DNA of 64,000 bases from Octopus bimaculoides. Lineage: Eukaryota. Below the pieces are notes generated by a model, which saw nothing but the letters and a program-made list of their open reading frames with translations, was not told the origin of the DNA and made no database searches. The translations under genes were made by a program, and so were the position numbers. The first letter of the stretch is position 1; every line of letters starts with the position of its first letter. The stretch is taken from assembly GCF_001194135.2 (NCBI RefSeq), contig NC_068983.1, forward strand, positions 79,583,752 through 79,647,751. Direction: 5' to 3'. Positions 1 to 13,855 of the stretch are shown here, in pieces.

Positions 1-878
1 CATAAAGATGGGTGTAATGCCACTAAGCATTCTGTCTGGTATGCTAACCATTCTGCCAGCTTGCCACCTTAATAATAATAATGGTTTGAAATTTTGAGGG
101 GGATGGGAGCTAGTTGATTATATCAACCCCAGTACTTGGCTGGGGTAATTATTTCAACAAAATGTTATGCATTTTGTCTGGCATTCTAATGATTTAGCCA
201 TCTCATTGCCTTGATAATAATGATGATAATTTTGTGTCTGTTTTTTTCATGCTGGTATGGGTTGAGTGAACTGTAGCAGTCTGAATCAGTTTTATTTAGA
301 ATTTCTATCTACCTGGATGCCATGAACTATGTTTCACTTGTATAAACATACAATTGTGACATAGTTTGTGGTCTCTCTAAGAGGGTAGTAACCATGTTTT
401 GGTATCGCTTATACAGCCAAGTGCCCTTTCCTAATACTAATCATGTTACATAAAAATTGTCTGTTTAATTTAGTGAATACAGAGATAATTCTGAGATCTT
501 AGTGATACTTTCCATGCACATATCAAATTGTTTTTCATTCCCTAGTCATATTTTGATACTCAAGCCAACAAGAGTACTTATACATGGTTGATCAACCTGC
601 TAAAAATACCAGTCAAATTACACCGTACAATCATAAAATTGCAGACATATTGCATAATGCAGTCCTCAGTAAATTATGACTAAAAATAAAGTGAAATGGT
701 TTACACTGGGCTGCCTTTCATTGTAGGTCCTCACAATTATGGTTGACTATTTACAAAACAACTTTTTCATGTTTTCTGTTTCTTTCATTTGTACTTAACT
801 ACCATATGCTGTAGATAATATCTTATACCAACATTGCTTTTCTTTACTACAGCATTCATGTCATTAGTTTGTTGTCAG

Positions 879-923
879 AGATCCCACAGGATTTTCAAAC
901 AGCTATCTTAGCAAACTCCCAAG
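879..923 (+). CDS. Candidate 45-nt coding exon of an unidentified host gene (IPQDFQTAILANSQ)
   Basis: Acceptor gtttgttgtcAG and donor aag|GTatca. Two frames are open, and the phase 1-1 frame joins the 7926 exon. No homology recognised. Confidence 0.22.
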
Positions 924-1489
924 GTATCATTCCACATCATATGTTTTTGTCTTCATGTGCTTAGAAGTACATGTGTGTCACTTTGATAAATTTCTACACT
1001 TCATATCTATAGACATGGGAACCATTCCTATTTCAACATTTGTCTGTCTTGCAATTGTGGGCTGATCAGTCATGAAAACTCAGAATCAGAAGCTGTATCG
1101 GTTAGATAGTATAGGTTGCTGAAATGTATGTAAATTATTTTATAATTTTTATGAAGTGTCAGTGTTAATCTACCTGCTTTTAAAGTTGTTTTATAATAAT
1201 ATGATATCAAGTATATTGCAATCTGTTGTGTGTGTTGTAAATGATCAATCTTGAAACCTAATTTTAGCAGAAAAATATATTTTGAAAAGCTATTAATATA
1301 ACATCAACAGATATATTATTAACAAACTCTTTTATTTGTGAAAATTCTATTGAAATATTGAGAATGTATAGAGCATGTAATATCAATGCAGGCTCTCTCG
1401 CCAGAATTGTTATTTAATATTTGTAAAGTCAAACCAATTGAAGATACTCTAGCTTTTAAAGGAAAAAATAAAACACTTGCGTGCATGAA

Positions 1490-2166
1490 GCAAATCACGA
1501 TCGCATTACCAATGTTGTTGAAAACTTAGGCAATAATATTACAGTCAAGAAATCTGAGAATTTTAAAGGTAAATATGAAAATGCCACAACAATTGTCAAC
1601 CACTACAATCCAGCTCAGTGGTTGGATGAAAAACAAGAATGATGGCAGAAAGTGATCATGACATTATGAATGGACTGCGTCTTTTTAATAAACAGGACAG
1701 TTTTCCAAAAGATGCAAATAAACTTAGTTTTCTCAGTGACAATGATGTATAGGAAAATTAACAACAGTGAACATTTTCTTAGAAGCTGACTTGTTTATTC
1801 ACATAGCACCAATAAAATTTATTGCTTTAGTTGCAAAGTTTTTGGCTTCTCAAATAAGTCATTTTTAGGAAAATCTGGAATTAATGACTGGAAGCATGCT
1901 CTGAAGTAGATATTGCAAAAGAATTATTTTCTGGAAATGTAAAGCTTCTACTAGAAGCCATTAGATTCATCAACAATAATAAGTTACAGGATGCCATGCC
2001 AAATCTGTTGGTTGCATTAAGAATAATCTTTATGATACCTGTAACTGTGGCCATGGGAGAGAGAAGCTCTAGTAAACTAAAGCTTATAAAGACATGTTTA
2101 CTATTATCCATGACACAAGGCAGATTAAATTCTTTGGCAATTTTGTCAGTAGGAAATAATATTGTA
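1490..2166 (+). mobile_element. Internally deleted, degenerate hAT transposase remnant (TTF-type zinc finger joined to the C-terminal dimerisation domain)
   Basis: From 1781 the translation is RS*LVYSHSTNKIYCFSCKVFG...GINDWKH, preceded by FPKDANK, which fits the ZnF_TTF pattern. After a frame change near 1900 it reads MPNLLVALRIIFMIPVTVAMGERSSSKLKLIKTCLLLSMTQGRLNSLAILS, matching the hATC pattern P.L..ALR...T.PVT.A..ERSFSKLKLIK.YLRS.M.Q.RL..LA.LS. Confidence 0.85.
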
Positions 2167-2368
2167 AAAAAAAAAAAAAAAGATAGCTATTGAAAGTGCA
2201 ATTTTCAATAGCTAAAATAAAAAAAAATTGTTTTAGTTTGTGTAAACTGTTTTGTTCATATTCTTTATTAAGAGAAAATTCTTTACACTTTCAGTTATCA
2301 AACCATCCTCCATTCAATATTCATTTGTAACAAAAATGTGTTGAGATCATTGCCAGTAATATAAATGC

Positions 2369-2370
2369 AA

Positions 2371-2439
<69 letters not shown>

Positions 2440-2584
2440 NNNNNNNNNNNNNNNNNNNNNNNNNNNNNNNNNNNNNNNNNNNNNNNNNNNNNNNNNNNNN
2501 NNNNNNNNNNNNNNNNNNNNNNNNNNNNNNNNNNNNNNNNNNNNNNNNNNNNNNNNNNNNNNNNNNNNNNNNNNNNNNNNNNNN

Positions 2585-2643
<59 letters not shown>
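2369..2643. repeat. (CT)n microsatellite spanning assembly gap 2440-2584
   Basis: Directly visible. It produces the RERE/LSLS ORFs. Confidence 0.97.
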
Positions 2644-2650
<7 letters not shown>

Positions 2651-2879
2651 GGATTTCAAACCTTGATGCTGTATTTGAACTGTTTTTTTTAGTTTGTATG
2701 TTGTAATAGACACTTTATTTTCGCATTTCCAGTTTTATGCCATGTGTAAATTTTTTAAACTATACTTGTAAAAGTATGACAATGTTAAAGAATTTTCCTG
2801 CTTCCAAGCACATGAAATTCTGATTCATTCTCACTGTGCAGCATCCTTGGGCAGTTAACTCCAGATTAGTTAATGCTCT

Positions 2880-3031
2880 GTGCACTCTGTGATATGTTTG
2901 GCATTAGGAAGGGCATCCAGCTGTAGATACCAAGCCAAAACAGATTATGGAACCTAGAGCAGTTCCTTGCCAGTTCCTGTCAAACCATCCAACCCATGCT
3001 CGCATGGAAAATTGATGTTAAATTTTGATGA
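2880..3031 (+). mobile_element. Abundant short repeat with an (ATG)n tail, SINE-like or LINE 3' end; representative copy
   Basis: The motif ggaagggcatccagctgtag...ccatccaacccatgc.gcatggaaa..gatgttaaa.tgatgatg recurs near 10.0-10.2, 11.0-11.4, 13.5-13.7, 14.0-14.15, 15.3-15.45, 26.0-26.44, 47.6, 49.4, 57.9 and 61.4 kb in both orientations. Confidence 0.8.
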
Positions 3032-3067
3032 TGTATGTATGTATGTATATATATATATATATATATA

Positions 3068-4337
3068 CAGGGGTTGGACAAAATAATGGAGACACCTTAA
3101 AATTTCAAACAAATTTATTTTAATATGGGGTAGGACCACCTTTGGCAGTAATTACAGCTTGAATTCTATGAGGTATGGACTTGTACAAAATTTGAATTGT
3201 TTCCAAAGAAATTTTTGTCCATTTTTCAGTTAAAACAGTCTCCAGTTCTTGTAGTGATGATGGTGGAGGATATCAACTCCTTACTTGTTTTTCTAAAATG
3301 GACCATAAATGTTCAATAATTGAGATCTGGAGACCGTGGTGGCCAGATAAGATGTTCAGCTTCACAAGAATGTTCCTCGTGCCATTCAGTAACAATTTTA
3401 GCTGTGTGAATTGGTGTATTATCATCATGAAAGAGTGCATGTCCCTCCGGAAACAGTTCAGCAACCATAGGATGAATTTGATCAGATAAAATGCTTAAAT
3501 AGTCTTGACTATTAATTCTGCCATGAAGGGAAACCGTTGGGCCATGGATTTCCAAGATAAAGCCCCTACCAGATCGTCACAGATCTTCATCCGTGTTTAA
3601 CAGTTGGAAGAAGGCAGTCTGAGTCAAATGCTTCTTTTGGCTGTCTCCACACATATACTTGGCCAGTTATTGGAAATAAGGTAAAGGATGACTTGTTCAA
3701 GAAAATAACATTCTTCCACTGCTCTAGGGACCAATTCTGTAGGTTTTTACTCCACTCTAAATGCTTTGCAACATTTGTTTTTGAAAGTAGTGGTTTTCTG
3801 ATAGCAGCCTTCCCGTGAAATCCGGATTTGTACAGCTCCCAGCGAACAGCTTTTGTGGAAACTGGGTTTGTGAGGTGGTTATTAAGCTCTGCAGTAATTT
3901 TGGGAGCTGTACTTTTGTGATCCTTTCTAACAATTTGCATAAGAGTCCAACAGTCCCTATCTGAAAGTTTTAGTTTTCTTCCAGAGTTTTGTTTCGAGGA
4001 GGTTTTTCCCTCTTTCTCAAAGGCTGTCATTACTTTCAATACAGTACTTCTTGATACATTAAACATTTCGGCTGTTTTTGTTATGCTAGCACCTGCCATA
4101 CAAGCACCAACAATTTGACCTCTTTGAAAATCTGATAGATCTGTCATTTTAATGAATTTTAATTACCTTTTCTTGATGATATCTGAAAAGAAACAGCAAT
4201 TTTAGCAAGTCATATTAAGCAACACTAATAATAAATAATAAAAAACCTAAAAATAAAAGAGCTTTTGTCGGTCTTATAGATATTTCAAAATTATATGTTA
4301 TGATGCTAGGTGTTTCCATTATTTTGTCCAACTCCTG
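3068..4337 (-). mobile_element. Full-length, defective Tc1-like DNA transposon with DD36E spacing (Incomer-like)
   Basis: 29-bp TIRs at 3068-3096 and 4309-4337 with 2 mismatches, and TA at 3066-67 and 4338-39. Transposase pieces at 4147-3587 (HTH; IFLNKSSF where IFSDESSF is expected) and 3555-3273 (HDDNTPIH...WPPRSPDLN, frameshift, IEHLW). Confidence 0.93.
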
Positions 4338-4391
4338 TATGTATTCTTTAATTCTTTTACTTTTTTCAGTAATTTGACTGTGGCCATGCTG

Positions 4392-4757
4392 GAACACTGT
4401 CTTTTAGTCAAAGAAATTGACCCCAGGTCTAATTCTTTGTAAACCTGGGACTTATTTTATTGGTCTCTTTTGCCGAACTGCTAAATTACTGGGACGTAAA
4501 CACACAACATCAGTTATCAGGCAATGGTGGTGGTGGGAAGGGGAGATAAACACAGACACAAAGACACACATGCATACATACATACATACATACATATACA
4601 GCAGGTTTCTTTCAGTTTCCATCTACCAAATTCATATACAAGGCTTTGGTCAGCCCAAGACTAGTAGAAGGCATTTACCCAAGGTGTCATGCAGTGGGAC
4701 TGAACCTGGAACCATGTGGTTGGGAAGCAAGCTTCTTACCACACAGCCACACCTGCA
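4392..4757 (-). mobile_element. tRNA-derived SINE with an internal microsatellite (family S1)
   Basis: Reverse complement of the head ggtgtggctgtgtggtaagaagcttgcttcccaaccacatggttccaggttcagtcccactgc and its body. The same family occurs at 19472, 22001, 37.4-37.8 kb, 41.6 kb and 50.5 kb. Confidence 0.85.
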
Positions 4758-4764
4758 CCTATGA

Positions 4765-4808
<44 letters not shown>

Positions 4809-6739
4809 TCACACACACACGCACACACACGTGTGTGTGAGTGTGTTTCTTTGTCTCACTACTTAACAAGAAGTATCACTTTGTTTAGAGCTTCATAACT
4901 TAGCAGTTTGGCACAGAGACACTGATAGAGTAAGGATCAGACTAAAAAAAAAAAAGTACTGGGATCAATATGACTTGATCAACTGAAATTTTCAAGGTGG
5001 TACGTCTGAAGACATAGTCTAATGATTGAGACTTGGGAAAAGGTACGAACATTCACCCCTGGCTTAGAGCACCAACAACTTGGAGCCAGTCTTTCTTGTT
5101 GCTGCATGTTAGTTCATGCTTTTGTTACCATTATTCAGTGCACCAAATATTGGCACTTTCATTTCCCATATGTTGCTTATTTCAGTTTTGATAAACTTTT
5201 CAATCTCCAAGTGTGTGATGTTTTGACATAAGCTTTTGAGATGGTTATCAAATGCTTTACTCTTTGGTTTTGTTGTTCTTACTATTCTTATTACAGAAAC
5301 AGTAAATTATAGTGAAAATTACATTCATGGAAATGTCTCAGTGTTTTGTATATTTTCACTGAATGAAAAAATTCATAGTGTATTTTATGTATTATCTTAT
5401 GCATTCAGAATTGAGATTTCACTTCTGAAAAACAAGAAGTGGCTGATTTAGAAATAGCCTGTTTGTATTGTGAAGTTCTGAACAATCAATAAGGAAACCT
5501 CTGAGACTGATTACACCACACACATACACACATGTATACACACTCGCAAACACACACACACGTATATACGCACGAATACATACATGCTTGCATACATATA
5601 AAAGATATATATCTATATATTGTTATATGATGCTTTTTATTTTTTATTATTATTATAGCTTAGTTTTTCCTACCTTTGATATATATGTGTGTGTGTTACA
5701 TTCACTTATGGCATTATTTGTTATCAACCAAAAAGATGAAAAAAAAAAAAAGAACAGAATAGAAACAGAAGGTTACTTTTAGTTCTGGCTCAAGAAATTA
5801 GCATATATTGCTATTGTTGTTGTAATATTCATAGTCAATGCTCTGCTACTTTGGCAAATTCTCAGAAAAATGTGTCTTCAATACATTTTTTTTTCTTGTT
5901 TTTTTTTTATATCTCTGAACTAGTATGTTTTGATTCTTGTCTGGAAGTGTTTCATTTACTTTGATTAAGTCATGAACTTTCTATTTCAATTCATAGTTCT
6001 TTTTATTACAATTCAAAGACTTTGGTCAAATCAAGAATTTGTTATTCAGCTGATTCTGTTTATTTGCATAATGGGCAATTGTATAATTTGGTTAATTGCA
6101 TAAGTTTTCAAAACATCAAACTGCTCAGCATCTAACCTATGCATCAATTTCAGCCAGTTGCATAAGAAATTTTGAGTAAAATAATCAAAAAATAGGTAGC
6201 ATAAAATGGAACATTCATTTGGTTTGGTATGAAGGTAGTTATTCTGGAAGTTTCTTTTTTGTTAATTATGAGGTTAAAATAATCACAATCAGTATTCCAT
6301 GTTTACATACAACTGCTATAAAAAAAAATCGAGTGTATTCAAGTTATTCTTACCATTTACATGAGTTAAAAACATTTAAATTTCAGATTCCAGTTTATTT
6401 TTATCTTGTTTTTAATTGTGTTGTAAAATTCTTTAGCATATAACACTTCATTGTAATTTTTAAGAAGAGTTTTGAATCAAGTTGTGAATGGATATTATTT
6501 TGTTGTTTTGGTTATAGAATAAATACTTTAGAAATTGTGACTGACCTGGTTAAATTTTCCTTAAGCTACTTGACCCTAGTAATTATTATTGTCGATATAT
6601 ATGAGTCTGGTTAAGCTTAGGTAAATTGAAGAATATCAAAGGGAAATAGAAAACTTCATAGTCAGATCAAACATTTGTCATGCTGATACATGTGGATTGA
6701 GTGGAACAATTAAATTATGTGTATACTAAACATGTAGTA

Positions 6740-6963
6740 AGTTTAGAAAAAAATGTTTTATTCTTGAGGACAGAACCTCAGTGAGCAAATGACTCAAACA
6801 GCTTGAGGAAGAAAACATCCTGGCCCTCAAAGCAAAACACCAAAAACAACCCTCTATAGCCCTGCAACATGCCTTTGCTTGCAGATATTGCAGCAGAACT
6901 TGCTCATCAAACATAAGAAGGATCAGTCATGAGAGAAGCTGCCAGAAGAATATATGTACTTAA
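6740..6963 (+). mobile_element. RTE-clade LINE 3' end fragment
   Basis: 6799-6963 reads QLEEENILALKAKHQKQ...FACRYCSRTCSSNIRRISHERSCQK*, matching the RTE C-terminal F.C..C.R.C.S.IGL.SH.R.C zinc motif. Confidence 0.7.
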
Positions 6964-7925
6964 GACATTTTCTGCTGTGTAGACAATCTGTCAAGATGTA
7001 AAGAGCCAAATATTATATATATTCTATACATATTTAACACAGTCACAATAACTTGCTATTAACACATGTAATTTATTTTCTGCCAATAGGAATGTGGTTA
7101 ATTGCATATTTCATTTAATTATTCAAGAATTTTAATCCCTGAGGCTATGCAATTAAGCAGAACTGATTGTGTGCATGTGTGAGTCTGTACGTGTGTAATA
7201 TTGTTTCATACATAATTGTATATTTCATGTTTTTTACTCATAAATTTCTCAATCTCAATTTATTTATTTCTTTGTTAGAAAGTAACAATTTGAAAGATTT
7301 ATGAAAAGTGTGATAAGATTGTTTGCTATTTTGTATTCAATTTTTACTCATTGACATTGTTTAACCTCAGGTTCATCCTCATCAAGCAGACCAGCTATCA
7401 ATAGCATTCTAGCCAAAATTGTCCCTTTTTTTGCCTTGTTTCTATTTTTTTTTTGGTATCTTTCTCGATAGGGTGAGATTTGAAGGAGATTTGGCTTCTA
7501 TTTCTTGAAGATCAGGTGACTGCATGAAAGATAGCTCAGTGGTCTTGGCTCCTGATTATTTTTAAAGGTTCATGCATTGGCACAAACCAACTTCTTAGAA
7601 AATGTTGCTAATCCTAAGCATGAATGCAGCATTGTCTATGAATCAAATATTTCTTCAGTGTTGTATTTAACTTCTTTATTTATGGTAAATTGATGACAGA
7701 ATAGTGAGTCTTAATCTCTGAGGGGAAAAAAAACTATTGTAAACTTTTTTTTTTTAAGCCATTCACAAAATTCTGCTGCTGGTTTTGTTCCCAGACTACT
7801 GTAAGCTGAAGAAAGATTCATTTGATATTTTCATATTTAATCTTCAACACTTTCTTGAATGCTAATAGGTCCTTAGTTCGAAAATGCATACAATTTCTGA
7901 ATATCAAGTAGATTTCCTTTTTCAG

Positions 7926-7963
7926 ATTTTGTTTTATCAGAGTATTTAAAAATGTCAGCACTT
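7926..7963 (+). CDS. Candidate 38-nt exon (DFVLSEYLKMSAL)
   Basis: Acceptor atttcctttttcAG and donor ctt|GTatgt; open in phase 1-0. Confidence 0.3.
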
Positions 7964-10444
7964 GTATGTTTTATTACTTTATTACTCACGTACATAAAAT
8001 ATTGTTGCCATCAGCACATGACTAGCACAACATGAACAATCTATTTTTATTTAAGATCAACAATTTATGTATATGAATATGTTTGATCATCGATAACTGT
8101 GTGTGTGTGAGTGTGACTATTTTTGATGTTAGTGAAAGAGAGGAGGAGGGCATCGGTATGCATTTATATTTCTATTCAAACATAATATTTATGAAGCAAT
8201 GTAAGCAAGCACGTAAATATTTCAGAATGTTAGAGTTATATAAGGTTTCATTCTTTCTTTTTCTTATGAAGGTTGAATCCCCATTTGTTAATTAGACATA
8301 AATATACACTTCTGGTCTCTCTTTCTCTTCCTTTCTCTCTCTCTCATAAACACACACACACACACTTTTCCCACCACATCAACAGTATATGAGTGCACAT
8401 TAATGCATACAAATGTGTGTGTGTATATAGAAGGTATTGCTGTTATTTTTTTGTCCCAGGTTAGCTTTGATTGAGTACGCCCATGATCAAAGTTGTTCCA
8501 GCTGGTTATTTTGCCATTGTTTTTAAGACAGTAGGGTATGATTTAAGGGGGGAAATTTGGCTGCTATTTCTAGCAGATAAAGCAATCATAGAGGCCCTAT
8601 CATTAGGTAGATGCTAATGATAGAGTGCTAAGGCAGATGTTTTAACCATTGGTATCAACCATTCTACTTTTGATAGTTTTGGTATTTGAGGATGAATTAT
8701 ATTAGGCAGATTAAGCTGTACTATTGGTTTCTTTTCTTCAGGTAATGCTAGTTATTTACATGTCATGAACACACAAGAATCTGGTTCCCTGAAGGTTGCA
8801 GTGATGTACATTCCCTGATGCCCAATCAAGATTATGCATTTTCATGAGGTAGTGGGGTGGATTCTGTCAATATTACTTGTAGAACATTCAAGTGGCTGTT
8901 AGAAATTATGTTGAATTAAATTATTTTATTATTTCTGCTGATAATTTATTAAGGCTCAGGAAATTTGGTGAGAGTAAAATTAATCAAGAAGGGCAGATAG
9001 AGCCAAGTTGCATGCATGTGTGTTGGAGTGGGTGCATGTGTAGGCACATGTGTGTGCATGTGGGCACATGTGTGCGTGTGATATAATGATTTGAAAAATA
9101 TTTTCTATATTTTTTATCATCAATCATTCAGCTGTATCAGAATTAGTTTTCCTGTGATGTGAATGTTATCTCTTTAATCAAAACCTTGATATTCAGTTTA
9201 TGGATGTTAAAATGATGAAGCTCTCTTTCTCTATTTTCTCTTCCATACTATATTTTAAAAAAATTCTATGTTCTTTAAAATTAAACTTATAAGATATACA
9301 ATTGTTTTGTTGTTTGCTATACAATATTTACAGCATTTCTCCATTGCAATCTTCTGTTCAGAATTTAGCGACATTAATAGTAAATTTAATCAAAAGCTAT
9401 GGAAATTAACTCATGTCTTTTGAATGAATGTTATTTGGTACTGTATTGTGAAAAGATTATCAGTGCAAGTATTGATAATCTGTCTTTTAATATGGTGCCT
9501 ATTTAGAAATAATGGTTGTCATTTACTTTTAGAATATACCTACATTTTGATGTTTAAAAGAAGTCTTTCATTGGAGCTTTATTTTAATATTCAAATACTG
9601 TGAAGCATTAATTGCCACCGCAAATGTCTTCAGTGTAATCTTATTTATTGACTATGTAAATTATTTTTTCATATATAAGTTTAGACTTTATTAGCTGGTG
9701 TACAATCATTAGAATTTATATGGGTAACATTCTTTAATGTCAAATTCCCTTACATAACATTCCAGGAATTTGGGTTAAACCCTTGTCGTGATATGTGCAT
9801 TATCATTGTACTTGCTGATGTGTAATGTTTTAATTTCCTGAAATTTTTATATTTCTGTAATACTGTGAGAAGAAAACAGGATATTTCAAAGCTTTTTTTC
9901 TAACTTAATATTTAGAATTAAAATCTATTCAACTGTTGTAACTGGTATTCATGTTTGTGGCATTTAAAAAGCGCCATTCAAGCATTGGGCTTCATGGAGG
10001 CCATGTGGCCAATGCCCATGTCACATAACTGGCACCTGTTATGGAGTAATTGGTATTAGAAAGGGCATCCAGCCATAGAAACCATGCTAAATCAGACTGG
10101 AGTCTGGTGCAGCCCCCCAGCTCACCAGCCCTGGTCTAACTGTCCAATCCATGCCAGCATAAACAACAAATATTAAATAATGATGATGATGATGTTGTTG
10201 CTGTTGTATATCTTTAAGTGGTTATGTGGCCGAAGAGTTTGCTTTATAACCATGTGGTGACTAGTTTCATCCCACTGTACTTTGAGCACGTGTCTTCTAT
10301 TTTAAAGTCTGACTGACCAATACCTTGTGAGTGAAATTTTTCAATTGGCCGGATAACTGAAGAGATGTGGGCGTGAGCTCCCTCCCTGGCATCTGAAACT
10401 CAGAGTTTTATCATGGCTACTGAATAAGTGTCACATATTTTTAC

Positions 10445-10478
<34 letters not shown>

Positions 10479-11385
10479 ACATGTTTGTGTGCATGTGTGT
10501 CTGGTATCTGTTTCCATGTAACTTTGTGTTGCCACTTTAGATGACAATTGTGTTATGTTTATGTTTTCCTGTAAATAAAGATCCTGTAGTTTATCAATTT
10601 CATATGCCTTAATGTGTGAAGATGTGGAATGAAAATACCTTGGCTGCAAAACAAAGTTTAGTGACAAGAAGGCTTACAATACTGTTTCAATAAGTCATGT
10701 CCAACAGATGTTGACATGGATAAAGTGGATGTAAAAATGATGATGATTTAGTTATCAAATTTTGTTCATTACATATTTTTAATGATTTCAGTGATGTTGT
10801 GTAGTTGTAACGAGCTAATCTATTTTCTCTTCATACATACGTGTGTGTGTGTGTGTGCATGCGTGTGTGTGTGTACACAAACACATTTATGAATAAATAA
10901 GGCGAGGTAATAACCTAAAGATGAAGTTGTGACATTTCAAAAATACATTATCATAATCCTTATCATTTAATACCTGTTTTCCATGCTGGCATGGGTTGGA
11001 TGGTTCAGCAGGAGCTAATGAGCTAGAGGACTGCACCAAACTTCAGTGTCAGCTTTGGCACAGTGATTTCTATGACTGGATGCTCTTAATGCCAACTGTT
11101 TTACAGTGTGTACTGGGTACTTTTCACATGGTACTAGCACTTGTGAGGTCATCAAGTAACTACTAAGTAGCATTAGGGAGGTAGCTTTACACCCGGTGAT
11201 GAGAGGCTAAAGTACACATACTTATATATATATATCATCATCATCGTCGTTTAACGTCCACTTTCTATGCTAGCATGGGTTGGACGATTTGACTGAGGAC
11301 TGGTGAAACCAGATGGCTACTCCAGGCTCCAATCTGATTTGGAAGTGTTTCTACAGCTGGATTCCCTTCCTAACGCCAATCACTC

Positions 11386-11416
<31 letters not shown>

Positions 11417-12241
11417 GATGGATAGATATAGACAGATTTATATATATAAGTATGTCAAGATATGTTATAACTCTTGTTGAATATGATTATAACTCTTGTC
11501 AAATTCAACTATGGATAATGTTTTCCAATTATTACAAACAGAAACAATAAACTTGTGCACATACAAAAAAGGATAAAATGTATGTGGCTGAAAATCCTCT
11601 GCATTTAGATTCTATTAAGCAGCTTCAAGTTACATCTGAATCAACAAGAGAGTACAGCTTGTGTTAATACATAATTTCTTCCAAATACAAGATCTTCATG
11701 AATTATGGAAAAAGAATTAGAGTTGGTACTGTAGTAACTAATATTATTAGAGACTTGTTATAATAAACATTTTCTTGTTTGTTTTTTGCTAGAAGAAAAA
11801 CTGTTAACCATGCAGTGACTGCGTCATTTATGTTGTCTGTTTATTTTTAGTTACAAGAAGATGGTAGAGAATTATTAATGTTATTGTTCTTTTTTTTTTA
11901 TCTGTATTAAGACAAAATAATTGTTCAAAACATGTAACGTTCCTTCGGGGTTTTTTTTGTTTTTGTTTTTTTGGGGTTTTTTTCTGAGATGCAAAAACAC
12001 TTAGTAACTGTAAAATAATTGTTCTAATTATAGAAATATCTATCTCAGTAGGCTTTTGTGCTCATCTAATCCGTTTTAGGAGAATGGAAATTTACTTGAC
12101 CCATTTGTAGTATGAATAAGAAGACACAATCTAATGAAAATGTATATAATTGATGATGTTAATTGTAGTGGTAAATTTTAAATTTATTTAGTTATCAAAT
12201 AACTAACTCCTTTCATATAGATTTTATCTATTTTTAGTTAG

Positions 12242-12278
12242 TTAATCACAAGGAGGAGTGATAGTCCCCATCTTGTTT
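12242..12278 (+). CDS. Candidate 37-nt exon (LITRRSDSPHLV)
   Basis: Acceptor tatttttagttAG and consensus donor GTAAGT; open in phase 0-1. Confidence 0.3.
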
Positions 12279-13785
12279 GTAAGTCCTCACAAGTTAGTGA
12301 GATTACTCCGCTTGATGTTCTGTTTGAACTATAGGATTCAGTATATAGAAGAATGTGGATATTCAACAGAGCTACAGATCTTGTGAAGAATATTTGATGC
12401 TCCAGAAAAACTGTAGGGAGTGATGATGAAATCTGTGATTGTAAACCATAGAATGTATTACAAGTTTGGAGTCATTAATTGTGTCTTGTTCAAGTATAAT
12501 AGGTGTGTAAAACAAGATTGTTTATTTGATATGCATAATAATTTTGTATTTATGCTGTTGAAGATGTCATTCCTCCATTAGAATACATTTTTCAGAACTC
12601 TTAATATGGAAGTTGTGCATTAATCTTTAAATACTATAAAGCGTCATGGTTTTATTTAATTTAACCTCCTATTCTTCCTTCAGACTGTTTTATTCATATT
12701 CAAACACTTAGGTCCTTTTTGTAAACCTTCTATTTATCTATTATGTTTCTTTTCATTTGTTTCCATAGGTGGAAATAATTGTTATAAAGTTATGCATAAC
12801 TCATTAAAGAAAGGAGTAAGAATATGAATACTCTAATATTGATATTAATAGAGCATGACTAGTAATAATTGATGTATTGGATGTGAGACAGTGTTCTGCA
12901 CATTCTAAGAATCAATCTTGTTTTATTTCATCAGAAGGAAAGCATAGCACATATTCATAATAATTTGAAGAATTACAGCTTATTAATTTGTTTTTTTATA
13001 TATATTTTTAATTTTTATCTATCAAAATCAATGTCATAAAATAACAAAGGTTACTAATAGTTTAAAAGAAAGTAAATGTGAGGCTGATTCCTGGAACTGT
13101 TTTATTTTTTACTGTCAGTTTCAATTCTCTCTGATGCTAATTTCCTTTGATTTAACTTGCATATGTCTGTGACAAAGGCAGGAACAAACTTAACAACTTT
13201 GTATTCCCTCTTAAATATAAATCTCAAGATCACTTTTCTGTGTGATGTAGAACAGTTTGCTTAACTTTCCCACTTAGACTAAATGTCTAAATGTCTTAGA
13301 TGAGTTGTTAACGAATGTTATTTCTTACAGAATTAATCCTATTTTTAGATATTTAAATTTTTCTATTTTTATATTAACATCTGCGCTGTGTTTCATTTAC
13401 TTTAACATCCAATCATTACTGAATATTCTGGGTACTATTTACATAGTATCCCACTTGATTTAAACTTTAGCACTATATACATATCTTGATGTAAGGCATC
13501 AGATCATACTCAAAATAATCCAGATGCAGTCATCATCATCATTTAACATCCCCTTTTCCATGCTTGTGTGGGTCAGATGGGGTTTATTTGAGGCAGATTT
13601 TCTACAGCCAGATGTCTTTCCTGTCACCAACCTTCTTCTGCTCCCAAGTAAGGCAAATATTCCTCGATGGCCATATATGTTCTTAGTGTATTGGAAATGA
13701 ATGACACTTCTTGTATTATAAGTGACATTCATTTACAACTATCACAGAATGTCAAGACAAGGAAGCAAACACTGCCACACACACA

Positions 13786-13794
13786 CGCACACGC

Positions 13795-13855
<61 letters not shown>

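Noticed and set aside
5000-5060. CTGAAGA...GAAA resembling a hammerhead core
   Set aside because: Stem II has a 2x2 mismatch next to the core, and stems I and III cannot pair around a valid NUH site.
7797-7802. Possible 6-nt micro-exon cccAG|actact|GTAAGC
   Set aside because: It is frame-neutral and plausible but indistinguishable from chance without junction reads, so it was left out of the chain.
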